Positions 1 to 10,316 of a stretch of 64,000 nt of DNA are shown here, piece by piece. Positions within the stretch are counted from its first letter, which is position 1; each line of letters opens with the position of its first letter. Source of the stretch: Pyrinomonadaceae bacterium (GTDB taxonomy: Bacteria; Acidobacteriota; Blastocatellia; Pyrinomonadales; Pyrinomonadaceae); NCBI GenBank assembly GCA_046313635.1, contig JBKBYA010000001.1, positions 799,481 through 863,480 on the forward strand. The letters are read 5' to 3'. The translations under genes were made by a program, and so were the position numbers. The notes beneath the pieces were generated by a model. That model was not told where the DNA came from. It searched no databases and worked only from the letters and a program-made list of their open reading frames with translations.

Positions 1-20
1 CGTCTCAGATTTACTTTCAT
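1..20 (-). CDS. 5' end of an unidentified CDS running off the window (MKVNLR...)
   Basis: ATG at 20 on the minus strand, preceded by GGAG about 7 nt upstream; only 6 codons are visible. Confidence 0.35.
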
Positions 21-450
21 GATCAAACTCCAATATGTTTTGGCCTTTCTGAACCAACTGGCACCGGGGCCGGTGCTCGGGCTGGGTTGGCTTTGCTAAA
101 CCAATAGTTGTGCCGCTCGGATAAATCTATTCAGTAGAACCGGTTAGCCCGTCGGCGAGCATTGCGCGGGCGGGCAAGGCATTTCAGGGTGAACGGAGAA
201 TCGGTCAGGTTGAACGGTGGACTCACCGGGCCCAAAGACAAAACAAAAGCGGTCCGAAGGGGCGGGGGCCGAAACTCCTGTTGTGGGACCTAGCCGTTTG
301 CGGAGAAGCCGGACTAGAAGCTTGGCCGGTGTTTCGACCGGGCAGCCGCTCGACCGTCATGGCGATGCCGCGCGAGATGAGGTCGCCGCGCGGCGTTCGC
401 CGGTGAGTTCGGCAAAGGTCGCCGATCGCGTCTCCGCCGCACGCATAAGC

Positions 451-481
451 AAAAAAAAGCGGCCGATGCGATACCGGCCGC
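451..481 (-). terminator. Intrinsic terminator downstream of mdh
   Basis: GCGGCCG/CGGCCGC stem followed by T8 on the minus strand. Confidence 0.7.
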
Positions 482-504
482 CCATTCCTTTTTTCAACGC
501 TCGA

Positions 505-1446
<942 letters not shown>

Positions 1447-1551
1447 TCACTGATGATATATGGTTTTAAGTATCGAAAAGCGAATGGACTATTTTAAAGC
1501 CGGAAGCTGGGCTCAGCAAACGGGGCCTCGGGAAAGTTGCTCGAAGCGCAG

Positions 1552-1595
1552 AGAAAAAGCCTGGCGCGCTCTCCCCTTCACACCAGGCTTTTTCT
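1552..1595. terminator. Bidirectional terminator-like hairpin
   Basis: Perfect 13-bp inverted repeat AGAAAAAGCCTGG/CCAGGCTTTTTCT. Confidence 0.55.
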
Positions 1596-1868
1596 TTATG
1601 GCCGAGAGACTTGTCGTCGACGGCCAAAATTGAAATTCTTTTAGACGGATGAGTTGGATCGTGAGGGCCGCTGCCTTAGGACTCCTCCGCTGCGACCGCG
1701 GCCCCCGCGATCGTGTCAAGCAACATCCGCCGTCGAGTTGGCAATGACCGTGCCATCGACCGAAGGGCGGCGATCGGGCCGAGTTTGCGGTGATTTAGAT
1801 ACGTTACGGGCGATGCAAGGGCGATGCGGCCGACGGTTTGGTTCATCGGTTATACGAAATCGGTCGCT

Positions 1869-2456
1869 TCACAAGATCGGATGCCCGCCGCCGCGGCTGT
1901 GATCGAGTGTCTGAGCGAACCGCCGCCTGTCGTTGTGAAAGAGAACGATATGCTCGCCCTCGTAACGAACGACGCTGGAGACGCGGCTTAGATCGCGCGA
2001 GTGCTCTGCGATGAGAAAAGCGCCTTCGGACGGAGAGATGACCATCCCGGCCGCGTAGATAAAGCCGCCTTGATCGTACACGCTGCCGGCATACTGGGCC
2101 GCACCGACGGCAATGTCCGGCGAGTATTGCCCCTGGCTGTCGGTCGTACGGTCGGCCCGACCGATAAAGATCGTGTAATCACCGTAGTCGAGCCGTCTCG
2201 AATACCCATTTGCGCGGGCGGCCGCGAATAGCTCCGCGAGTCCTCGGTCGATCGCCGAGAGCACCGCGGGCGAAGGCCGCCGTCGGGCGAAAACGCGAAC
2301 TCCACGCGGCGTCGTTGCCTGCACCGTAAAGCGGTCACGCGAGACGCGCTGGGCCTCGACAAAAGCCCGGCCGCTCTGCGCCGGCGCTTGTGGTGCAAAG
2401 ACAGAGCACCAGGCGGTCACGACAATAAAGAGAATGGACTGTTTCGTTTTGCGCAT
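1869..2456 (-). CDS. Secreted hypothetical protein
   Basis: Start reassigned to MRKTKQSILFIVVTAWCSVFAPQAPAQ (signal peptide); the longer ORF would overlap the tRNA. Confidence 0.75.
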   Translation of the reverse strand: MRKTKQSILFIVVTAWCSVFAPQAPAQSGRAFVEAQRVSRDRFTVQATTPRGVRVFARRRPSPAVLSAIDRGLAELFAAARANGYSRRLDYGDYTIFIGRADRTTDSQGQYSPDIAVGAAQYAGSVYDQGGFIYAAGMVISPSEGAFLIAEHSRDLSRVSSVVRYEGEHIVLFHNDRRRFAQTLDHSRGGGHPIL

Positions 2457-2502
2457 AAAACTCCCCGGCTCCGAGCCGCGTCGTTGTCGCAATGAATATG
2501 CC

Positions 2503-2537
2503 AAAAACGAAACCGGCCTCCGATGAACAGAGGCCGG
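2503..2537 (-). terminator. Terminator downstream of tRNA-Leu
   Basis: CCGGCCTC/GAGGCCGG stem followed by TTTCGTTTTT on the minus strand. Confidence 0.65.
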
Positions 2538-2544
2538 CAGCATT

Positions 2545-2631
2545 TGGTACTGAGGGCGGGACTCGAACCCGCACGCCCCTAAGGGCACAGGATTTTAAGT
2601 CCTGGGCGTCTACCGATTCCGCCACCCCAGC
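2545..2631 (-). tRNA. tRNA-Leu (anticodon UAA), 87 nt, long variable arm, encoded CCA
   Basis: Reverse complement reads GCTGGGGTGGCGGAATCGGTAGACGCCCAGGACTTAAAATCCTG...GGGTTCGAGTCCCGCCCTCAGTACCA. Confidence 0.97.
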
Positions 2632-2641
2632 GTGCGTGTAG

Positions 2642-2670
2642 AGATTATCATTTCAAAAAATCAACTTCAA
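2642..2670 (-). promoter_or_regulatory. Sigma70-type promoter of tRNA-Leu
   Basis: TTGAAG, 17-nt spacer ending in TGa, then TAATCT on the minus strand. Confidence 0.6.
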
Positions 2671-2759
2671 AAAATGTGCTCCATACGGGTCGGCCCATGT
2701 GGCCGGGCCCGACCGGGCGTTGTGCTATGATTCAGGCGAGTTGGCATCCTGAAAAGTCT

Positions 2760-3236
2760 ATGGAGCAAATAGTCCCGCTATTGTGGCTCATCCTCGGCGC
2801 GGCCTTGATCGTGGCCGAGATGTTTACTCTTGGATTCTTTCTCTTCTGGTTTGGTGTGGGAGCGCTGGCGGCAGGGATCGTCGGATATCTTGGATTCGGG
2901 TTCGGTCTGCAATTCCTGGTCTTTGCGATTACGTCTGTTGCCTTAACGATGATGTCGAGGACGCTTTTTGTCCGGTATTTGCCCCACGCCGACAGCGACG
3001 CCCTCCGGACAGGTGTCGAGGCTCTGCCTGGGAAGGTGGGCACCGTCACCTCGGCCAGCCGCGGAGCCCTCAACGAGGCCGCCGTAAAGGTCTACGGCTC
3101 GGTATGGACGGCGTATCCGGTCGACGACGATGTGAATCTGAACGAGGGCGAAAAGGTCGAGGTCGTCGAGGTCAGGGGCTCGTCGATCTACGTTCGCCGC
3201 GTGACCAGCGAGCTGCCCGAATGGCGCGAGGGTTAA
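2760..3236 (+). CDS. NfeD-like membrane protein (short type, C-terminal OB fold)
   Basis: WLILGAALIVAEMFTLGFFLFWFG transmembrane region; GSVWTA and EGEKVEVVEVRGSSIYV OB-fold motifs. Confidence 0.9.
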   Translation: MEQIVPLLWLILGAALIVAEMFTLGFFLFWFGVGALAAGIVGYLGFGFGLQFLVFAITSVALTMMSRTLFVRYLPHADSDALRTGVEALPGKVGTVTSASRGALNEAAVKVYGSVWTAYPVDDDVNLNEGEKVEVVEVRGSSIYVRRVTSELPEWREG

Positions 3237-4168
3237 GGGATCTCGGCCGTGTCCTGATCGGCGGTGTCGTGGATGCCGCCGAGATCGATCAGCTCCAGCT
3301 TGACGTCATCGCCCGAGGCTTCGGGGAGATCGTCGCCTGAGAAGCGCGCGAGGATGACGGTTATGTTGTCCTCGCCGCCGCGCTCGTTGGCCTGCTTGAC
3401 GAGTTCAGCACAGGCCAATTCCAACTGATCGAAGTTGTCGAGAATGATCCGCTGCATCGCCGCGGCGTTGACCTTGTTTGACAGGCCGTCGCTGCAGAGC
3501 AGAAAGACGTCGTCGCGGTGCGGCTGGGTTCGGGCGGAGACGGGATAGATCTCATTCTGCGCCCCCAGTGCCTGCAGAATGACATTCTTGAGCGTGTGAG
3601 TTTCGGCCTCCTCGGGAGAGATCTGCTGCGCGTCGATGAGCTGCTGGACGAGCGACTGATCTTTTGTGATTTGGTAGATCTTTCCGTTTCGGATCAGATA
3701 AGCACGGCTGTCGCCGACCTGAATGATGTCGACCGCCTTTGGTGTGATACCGATCCCCGTAAAGGTGGCGCCCATTCCCTGAAACTGCGGGTCGCTGCGG
3801 CCCTGCTCGTGGATCAGGTGATTGGCGTAAACGGTGGCGTTGTATAAGCCGCCGATGAGCTGGTGGTCCGACGCTTCAGGAGCGAGCGTCACGTCGTCGT
3901 CGGTCGCGAGCAGCTTTTCGCACACGCTTTCGACGGCCATCTTGCTGGCGACCTCGCCGGCGAGGGCCCCGCCCATTCCGTCCGATACCGCAAGAACGAT
4001 CCCGTTGTCATCGACCTCCAGGCGCTGAGATTCGATGACGAATTCGCCGTTGTCCTGCGAGCTCGTCCAGGCCCTGGACTCCGAAATGCTCAGCAATAAG
4101 TAATTGTCCTCGTTGCCACGACGAACCCTTCCGACGTGGGACGTGGCATGGATCTCAACATTCACCAT
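3233..4168 (-). CDS. PP2C-family Ser/Thr protein phosphatase (Stp1/PrpC-like)
   Basis: HVGRVRRGNED, SDGMGG, GMGAT, VGDSRAY, LLCSDGL, GGEDNIT. Confidence 0.95.
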   Translation of the reverse strand: MVNVEIHATSHVGRVRRGNEDNYLLLSISESRAWTSSQDNGEFVIESQRLEVDDNGIVLAVSDGMGGALAGEVASKMAVESVCEKLLATDDDVTLAPEASDHQLIGGLYNATVYANHLIHEQGRSDPQFQGMGATFTGIGITPKAVDIIQVGDSRAYLIRNGKIYQITKDQSLVQQLIDAQQISPEEAETHTLKNVILQALGAQNEIYPVSARTQPHRDDVFLLCSDGLSNKVNAAAMQRIILDNFDQLELACAELVKQANERGGEDNITVILARFSGDDLPEASGDDVKLELIDLGGIHDTADQDTAEIP

Positions 4169-4236
4169 ATAGAACTTAGTCCCGAGTGGTCCGCCGCGGT
4201 CACGAGCTTTGAGATCGCGGCCTTACGGAATCGGAA

Positions 4237-5370
4237 CTAACTTAACGCCTGATCAAGGTCTCCCAAGATGTCTTCGATATCCTCGATGCCGACCGAGATG
4301 CGAACCAGACCGTCGGTGATGCCGAGGCGTTCGCGCGTCTCCGCCGGGACCGACGCATGGGTCATGGTCGCCGGGTGCGAAATGAGCGATTCGACCCCGC
4401 CGAGACTCTCGCCGAGGGTGCACAGCTTTACTCCTTCCAGAACCTTTCGGGCGTTCTCGAGCGAGCCGGTCTCGAAGGACACCATTCCGCCAAATCCTGT
4501 CTGCTGCCGCTTCGCAAGCTCATGCTGCGGGTGCGAAGCGAGACCAGGATAGTACACTTTTTCGACCTTTGGGTGCTCGGTCAGGAAGTTGGCGACCATT
4601 CGGCCGTTGCGGTCGTGGGCCTCCATTCTGACGGCGAGGGTCTTGGTGCCGCGCAACACCAGGAACGAATCGAACGGCGAGAGTATCGCTCCCACGCTGT
4701 TTTGCACAAAACCGATCCACTCTGCGTCCTGCTCGTCGTTGAGCGCGACAAAGCCGCCGACGCTGTCCGAGTGGCCGTTAAGATATTTCGTCGTCGAATG
4801 CACGACGATATCGACGCCGAAATTGATCGGCTGCTGAAAGTACGGCGACATAAACGTGTTGTCGCAGACCACCTTTGCGCCGCGGGCGTGAGCCATCTCG
4901 GCGACGCCTCGCAGGTCGGTCACGGTCATCACCGGATTTGTCGGCGTCTCGACAAAGACCATCTTGGTATTTGGCTTAAAGGCGCTCTCAAGATCGGCCA
5001 GGTTTGACGTGTCGGCCAGATCGAATTCGACGCCGTAATTGCTCAACACGCGGTTGAAAAGTCGATAGGTCCCGCCGTACGTGTTGTCGCCGAGGATCAC
5101 GTGTTCGCCAGCCTTGACCAGCTTGAGCACCGCGTCGATCGCCGACATACCGGATGCGAAGGCAAATCCGAATCGCGCGTTCTCAAGTGCGGCGATGTTC
5201 TTTTCCAGGGCGAGGCGAGTCGGATTGTGCGTTCGCGCGTACTCAAAGCCCTTGTGTCGTCCAAGCCCGTCTTGGGCGTATGTCGAAGTTTGATATATCG
5301 GAACACTGACGGCGCCGGTCGTGGGATCCGGCTCGTTGCCGGCGTGGATGGCGGTTGTAGAAAAGCCCAT
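4237..5370 (-). CDS. Cystathionine gamma-synthase/gamma-lyase family PLP enzyme
   Basis: PIYQTSTY, YARTHNPT, DNTF, HSTTKYLNGHSD (PLP lysine), ESLGGVESL, RISVGIE. Confidence 0.93.
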   Translation of the reverse strand: MGFSTTAIHAGNEPDPTTGAVSVPIYQTSTYAQDGLGRHKGFEYARTHNPTRLALEKNIAALENARFGFAFASGMSAIDAVLKLVKAGEHVILGDNTYGGTYRLFNRVLSNYGVEFDLADTSNLADLESAFKPNTKMVFVETPTNPVMTVTDLRGVAEMAHARGAKVVCDNTFMSPYFQQPINFGVDIVVHSTTKYLNGHSDSVGGFVALNDEQDAEWIGFVQNSVGAILSPFDSFLVLRGTKTLAVRMEAHDRNGRMVANFLTEHPKVEKVYYPGLASHPQHELAKRQQTGFGGMVSFETGSLENARKVLEGVKLCTLGESLGGVESLISHPATMTHASVPAETRERLGITDGLVRISVGIEDIEDILGDLDQALS

Positions 5371-5681
5371 AGCTAGCCAAAACGATCAGAAGTTCGGCGA
5401 CAGCAAATTCTATCCTAATCGAGGGAATAGGAACAAAGAAACACTCGCTTTAACGAGTTTTCATGGTAGCCTGCCAACCCCTAAATTGCAAACACTTGCC
5501 GTCTCGGCGGAGCATCGGGAGCGTGCCGCGGAGCCCGAGTATTGCACCGCGCGACCGGACGTTTCTGAGCCTTGAAGAGAACGTGCAGGGCCCTGCCGCT
5601 GCCCCCCCCCGAGGGGCCCGAGAAAAAGGACGTTTCGTTGCCGCAGCCGAGCGAAAGACGAGCCTATGAAATTCAGCAAAA

Positions 5682-5698
5682 GATAAGCGACAATAATC
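5682..5698. promoter_or_regulatory. Possible LysR-type T-N11-A binding site
   Basis: GAT-AAGCGACAATA-ATC partial dyad in the divergent region upstream of the LysR gene. Confidence 0.3.
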
Positions 5699-5812
5699 AG
5701 GATCCAACGAGCGATATCTGCGATCGCCGGTGACCTGGATCGCTGCGGCAGTCCGATACTTCGAACAATAGTGCCTCGGTCCGAGCGTCGCCGCGGGGCT
5801 GGCAGACCGTAT

Positions 5813-6694
5813 ATGGATATCAATCAGCTGGAAGTACTCGTAGCGGTCGCACGCGAAAAGAGCTTTTCGCGTGCGGCCGAGGCTCTCGGACGGACGCAGC
5901 CGGCGATCAGCCAGTCGATCCGGCGACTTGAGGAGGAGATCGGCGAGCCTCTCTTCGACCGGTCTTCAAAGGACGGGACGCTGACGCTTGCCGGCGAGAC
6001 GCTGCTCGAGCACGCGCGGCAGATGCTGAACCTGCGGCGAAGCGCCGAGGCCGCACTTCGCGAGATCCGCGGCCTCAAGCGCGGCCGGGTCACGATCAGT
6101 GCAAACGAACATACCGTCCTTTATCTTCTGCCGGTGATAGAGCAGTTCTATCATCGCCATCCGTCGATCAAGGTCGAGGTCCAGCGCGGCGTTGCGAGCC
6201 GCATTCCAAAGGAGGTGCTGGCCCGAGAGGTCGAGCTGGGGGTCATCTCGTTTTCGCCCAGCGATGCCTCGCTTAAAGCGATACCTGTAATGAACGATCG
6301 GCTGACGCTGATCGTCTCGCCGCGGCACGCTCTGGCGGGCCGCGACGAGGTGACGATCAGAGACCTGGCGAACGAGCGCTTCATCGCTCACAACGCGGTC
6401 TCGCCCTATCGTGACCTTGTGATCTCGGCTTTTGAAAAGCAAAATGCGACGCTCAATATCGCTGTCGAGCTGCCGTCTCTCGAGGCGATCAAAAAGCTCG
6501 TCGCCCGCGGCATCGGCATCGCTCTCGTCCCAAGGCTCTCTGCCGCGGAGGAGATCGCGTCGGGCCAGCTCTCGGGCGTTAAGGTCCGCGAACTCAAGCT
6601 CGAGCGCAAACTGAATATCGTTTACCGAAAGAACAGCACGCTCTCGCATGCGGCCCGGGCATTTTTGGATGTCGCCGTCGAAATGGGCAGGTGA
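5813..6694 (+). CDS. LysR-type transcriptional regulator (CysL-like)
   Basis: SFSRAAEALGRTQPAISQSIRRLEEEIGEPLFDR helix-turn-helix; start at MDINQL. Confidence 0.95.
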   Translation: MDINQLEVLVAVAREKSFSRAAEALGRTQPAISQSIRRLEEEIGEPLFDRSSKDGTLTLAGETLLEHARQMLNLRRSAEAALREIRGLKRGRVTISANEHTVLYLLPVIEQFYHRHPSIKVEVQRGVASRIPKEVLAREVELGVISFSPSDASLKAIPVMNDRLTLIVSPRHALAGRDEVTIRDLANERFIAHNAVSPYRDLVISAFEKQNATLNIAVELPSLEAIKKLVARGIGIALVPRLSAAEEIASGQLSGVKVRELKLERKLNIVYRKNSTLSHAARAFLDVAVEMGR

Positions 6695-6800
6695 TACACT
6701 CTTTTCGAAACGTGACTGTCACACTGACTATTTAACTCAGCGTCTGCTCCCCGCGCGTCACGTCGGTCCAGCGGATGCCCCGATCTATCACGCCAACCCT

Positions 6801-7916
6801 ATGTTTGAACAATTCACGCTCGGTATAGAAGAGGAGTTTCAGATCGTCGATCCGCGAACGCGCGAATTAAAGTCTCACGTCTCCGAAATGCTCGAGGAAG
6901 GCAAGCTCCTTCTCGGCGAAAAGGTCAAGCCCGAGATGATCCAGTCGATGATCGAAGTCGGGACCGGCATCTGCCGAAACGTACAAGAAGCTCGCGAAGA
7001 TATCTCAAAACTCCGCTGCATCATCTCAGGTCTCGCGCGCAAGAAGGGAATGGAGGTCGTCGCCGCCTCGACACATCCATTCTCAAAGTGGTCCGAGCAG
7101 ATCATCTACGAGCACGACCGCTATAAGCTGCTCGTGGACGAACTGCAGATGGTCGCCCGCAGCCTCTTGATCTTTGGACTGCACGTGCATGTCGGCGTCG
7201 AAGATCTCGATCGGCGGATACACATAATGAACGCGGCCCGGTACTTCCTGCCGCACGTGCTCGCTCTTACGACGTCGTCGCCGTTTTGGCTCGGCTTCAA
7301 TACAGGACTGAAATCGTATCGCAGCGAGGTCTTTAAGAAGTTCCCACGCACAGACATCCCCGACCACTTCGAGTCGTACCAGCAGTATCAGAGCTATGTC
7401 GATCTGCTGGTCAAGATGAACTGCATCGAAGACGGTACAAAGGTCTGGTGGGACGTCCGCCCACATGCCAAGTTTCCGACGCTCGAGTTCAGGATCTGCG
7501 ACATCCCGACTCGCGTCGACGATACGATCGCGGTCACGGCGCTCTTTCAGGCGATCGTGGCCAAACTTAATCTTCTGATCGATAAGAATCTCGGCTTCAG
7601 GCTCTACCACCGCCGGCTGATCCAGGAAAACAAGTGGCGCGCGGTCCGATACGGCCTCGGCGGCAAGCTGCTCGACCTCGGCAAGCAAAAGGAAGTTCCG
7701 GTCCGCGACCTGATCCACGAGCTGCTCGAATTTGTCGACGAGGTCGTCGACCCACTCGGGTCACGAAAAGAGATTGAGCACATCTACACCATCCTCGAAC
7801 GCGGAACGTCGGCGGATGAGCAGCTGCGCGTATTTGCCGAGACCGGCGATCTAAATGCCGTCGTCGATCGGCTGATCGTCAACACGATGGAGAACGTTCC
7901 GACAAACTGCTTCTAA
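6801..7916 (+). CDS. ybdK: Carboxylate-amine ligase, YbdK/GCS2 family (weak glutamate-cysteine ligase)
   Basis: FTLGIEEEFQIVDP, FGLHVHVG, SSPFW, WWDVRPH, TLEFRICD, ENKWRAVRYG. Confidence 0.9.
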   Translation: MFEQFTLGIEEEFQIVDPRTRELKSHVSEMLEEGKLLLGEKVKPEMIQSMIEVGTGICRNVQEAREDISKLRCIISGLARKKGMEVVAASTHPFSKWSEQIIYEHDRYKLLVDELQMVARSLLIFGLHVHVGVEDLDRRIHIMNAARYFLPHVLALTTSSPFWLGFNTGLKSYRSEVFKKFPRTDIPDHFESYQQYQSYVDLLVKMNCIEDGTKVWWDVRPHAKFPTLEFRICDIPTRVDDTIAVTALFQAIVAKLNLLIDKNLGFRLYHRRLIQENKWRAVRYGLGGKLLDLGKQKEVPVRDLIHELLEFVDEVVDPLGSRKEIEHIYTILERGTSADEQLRVFAETGDLNAVVDRLIVNTMENVPTNCF

Positions 7917-7940
7917 GCTCACGGCCGCTCGCAAACCTCC

Positions 7941-7980
7941 GTCGGATTGTTGGAATCGACTCCGCAATCCGACTTTTCTT
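7941..7980 (+). terminator. Intrinsic terminator downstream of ybdK
   Basis: GTCGGATTG/CAATCCGAC stem followed by TTTTCTT. Confidence 0.7.
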
Positions 7981-8027
7981 CTCTTAAGGCTGAAAGGCCT
8001 CGGTGTTTAAACATTGGCAAACGATGA

Positions 8028-8057
8028 TTGACGTTGTTCGCCACCCCGTGTTATAAA
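8028..8057 (+). promoter_or_regulatory. Sigma70-type promoter of the pilin operon
   Basis: TTGACG, 18-nt spacer ending in TGt, then TATAAA. Confidence 0.55.
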
Positions 8058-8125
8058 TTGGACGGCCGCAGAACCTGTGCGCTACATCGTCCTGGCCCTC
8101 CCTCGCCCTCAGGAGCGAAAAACAA

Positions 8126-9091
8126 ATGAGAAAATCCGAGTTTGATTCGCAACGCGGCGTTTCGATGATCGAGCTGCTCGTAGTGCTCGTCATCATGGCC
8201 ATACTGTTTACGCTTGCCGCGGCACAGTTCGGCAGGTCCACGCAGAATCTAGACCGTCAGAATATCGCTAGAGAGTTCAAGGTCGCTCTCGAGCGGGCGC
8301 GATTCGACGCGGTAAAACGCCGGGCAAATACCGATGCGACGCGTTCTCGTGTGACGATCTCGGGGCCGCGAACTTTCTCTGTCACGACAGACCTGAATCA
8401 GAACGGAACTCTAGACGACCCCGGCGAGACGCGTACCGTAGACCTGACCGCCAGGGCCGGCAACGTTTATATCGCGGGTACCAATTTCGTTTATCCGGTG
8501 ACGGTCACTTTTGACCAGCGCGGGCAGATCGAGGCCTACAACAGCGCCGTGCCTCAGGCCGACATCAATCCGATGTTCTATTTCTGCACCGGGCCGTGTA
8601 CCGTGGCGACGGCCAACGCTGCTAACGCAACGATAATTTACGTTTCGCCGACGGGGACGGTGGCGATGCTTCGCGGCGATGAGACGATCCCGACATTCGC
8701 GGCCCCGACGGTATCGAATGTGCCGGTCGACAGTTCTGTAAACCCGCTGCTGGCCGTTTGGCAGCTCGTGGCCGGATCTCCGACGCCGTCACCCTCGCCG
8801 ACCGGTACCGGGACTCCGCTGCCTACAGCAACGCCTACTGCGACGCCCACTTCCTCACCGACCCCGACGCCGAGCCCGACGGGCAGCGTGACGCCGTCAC
8901 CGGTCCCGAGCCCATCGGGCAGTGGTACGCCGGTCCCGTCACCCAGCCCTACGGCGAGTCCGACACCGACATCCTCGCCGACCCCGACACCTACTCCGGC
9001 CGCGTGCGTCTCGGGACAGCGCCCCGGGGGATCTCCGCCCTGTACGTGTGTCGCACCGATGACCGTAAGAAAGAGCGGCAAGTGCCAGTAA
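8126..9091 (+). CDS. Type IV minor pilin, FimT/GspH-like, with Pro/Thr/Ser stalk and Cys-rich C-terminus
   Basis: Class III signal QRG|VSMIELLVVLVIMAIL; LERARFDAVKR; DLNQNG; TFDQRG; AGGAG ribosome-binding site. Confidence 0.85.
   Translation: MRKSEFDSQRGVSMIELLVVLVIMAILFTLAAAQFGRSTQNLDRQNIAREFKVALERARFDAVKRRANTDATRSRVTISGPRTFSVTTDLNQNGTLDDPGETRTVDLTARAGNVYIAGTNFVYPVTVTFDQRGQIEAYNSAVPQADINPMFYFCTGPCTVATANAANATIIYVSPTGTVAMLRGDETIPTFAAPTVSNVPVDSSVNPLLAVWQLVAGSPTPSPSPTGTGTPLPTATPTATPTSSPTPTPSPTGSVTPSPVPSPSGSGTPVPSPSPTASPTPTSSPTPTPTPAACVSGQRPGGSPPCTCVAPMTVRKSGKCQ
8780..8998 (+). repeat. Low-complexity coding repeat (PT/PS units)
   Basis: SPTPSPSPTGTGTPLPTATPTATPTSSPTPTPSP... Confidence 0.8.
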
Positions 9092-9107
9092 ATAGACATT
9101 CGAGCGT

Positions 9108-9599
9108 ATGCAAAGTCAAATCGAATCAACCCGCACTGCCGAGATCGATGCTCCGCGTCGGGTGTCCGAAGCCGCGGGCTTCACGCTGATCGAGGTCGCG
9201 GTCGCCATGGTGATCATGTTCGTCGCTCTGCTCGGTGTGGCATTCGCCTTTTCGTATGCGATCAACTACAACACCGGCAATAACTCGCGTTCGCAGGCCA
9301 TCGCTGTGATGCAGCAAGAGGTCGAGCAGGTCCGGGCGGCCAAATTCACTCCGACATCCACCGACCCGCTGCTGCAGGGCGGCGTCAAGACGCCGCGCAC
9401 CGTCACGACGACCGCTGGTCTGACCTTCCTGGTCCGGATGGATGTCGACAACGACCCGTTCACGGCGGGCGTTCAGGACGAGTCGACACCGACGACCTTG
9501 AAAGAGATCACGATCACGGTAAGACTCGCTAATCCCAGCCCCGGGTGGCAGCTGGCCGTACCGGCGACGGTCGTTCTGAGACGAGCGAGAGCAAATTAA
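9108..9599 (+). CDS. Type IV minor pilin, PilV/GspI-like
   Basis: AG|FTLIEVAVAMVIMFVALLG prepilin motif; LKEITITV. Confidence 0.85.
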   Translation: MQSQIESTRTAEIDAPRRVSEAAGFTLIEVAVAMVIMFVALLGVAFAFSYAINYNTGNNSRSQAIAVMQQEVEQVRAAKFTPTSTDPLLQGGVKTPRTVTTTAGLTFLVRMDVDNDPFTAGVQDESTPTTLKEITITVRLANPSPGWQLAVPATVVLRRARAN

Positions 9600-9603
9600 T
9601 AAA

Positions 9604-10290
9604 ATGAATCGTTCAAGATCAAAAGATGCTCAGGCCGGCTTCTCGATGATGGAGCTGATGGTCACGATGGTGCTGATGCTGATCCTGCTGGGCATCGTCG
9701 GGACCTTGCTCTCGCGATCGCTCGCCGTACGCGCCCGCGAGAGCCGGCGGACCGACGCGCTGACGTCGGCGCAGGCCGCACTGAACGTGATGTCGCGCGA
9801 GATCGCGAACGCCGGATTCGGGATCAACGTAAATGGCGACCCGACCCGCGCGAGCAACGGCATCATCGCTGCCGACTCCAACGACCGCCGCATCCGATTC
9901 CGTTCGAATATCAATAACGTCGGCCCGCGGCCCGCGCCCACCGGTTCCACGGTCCTCCGGACCGATAGCCCGGGTGAGGACGTGACATACTTTTTCGACT
10001 CGGCGACCAATTCGATCGTCCGCTACGATCCGCACGGCAACCCCGACGGTTCGGCGCAGACCTCGGTCGTCGTCAACCGGATAAGCGACGTCAGATTCGA
10101 ATACTGGGACTACGCGGGCGCGAGCTCGACCGGGACGCAGGTATCGACACCGTCAAACAATACCGGCCGGGTGCGGATCACGGTACTTGTCCAGCTCGAT
10201 CCGGTCTATGGCCAGCCAAACCCGTCCAGCGTGAGGTTCACGTCGGAGGTCACCCTGCGAAATTCCAGCTATATGCTGAACCAGTATTGA
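9604..10290 (+). CDS. Type IV minor pilin, PilW/GspJ-like
   Basis: AG|FSMMELMVTMVLMLILLG; ALNVMSREIANAGF; EVTLRN. Confidence 0.88.
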   Translation: MNRSRSKDAQAGFSMMELMVTMVLMLILLGIVGTLLSRSLAVRARESRRTDALTSAQAALNVMSREIANAGFGINVNGDPTRASNGIIAADSNDRRIRFRSNINNVGPRPAPTGSTVLRTDSPGEDVTYFFDSATNSIVRYDPHGNPDGSAQTSVVVNRISDVRFEYWDYAGASSTGTQVSTPSNNTGRVRITVLVQLDPVYGQPNPSSVRFTSEVTLRNSSYMLNQY

Positions 10291-10316
10291 TCGCTCTCGG
10301 TAAGGAGGTGAGCTAG

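Noticed and set aside
100..116. Sigma54 -24/-12 promoter on the minus strand (GGCACAACTATTGG)
   Set aside because: The -12 element reads GG rather than the conserved GC
2545..2631. tRNA-Leu as an integration site for a genomic island
   Set aside because: No integrase and no duplicated tRNA 3' end seen in the window
5371..5812. SAM riboswitch upstream of the cystathionine lyase gene
   Set aside because: SAM-I core motifs are not found on the minus strand; an Rfam scan would settle it
7984..8125. c-di-GMP-I riboswitch upstream of the pilin operon
   Set aside because: GGCAAAC is present, but the GAAA-capped stem and second hairpin are missing; a sigma70 promoter explains the region better
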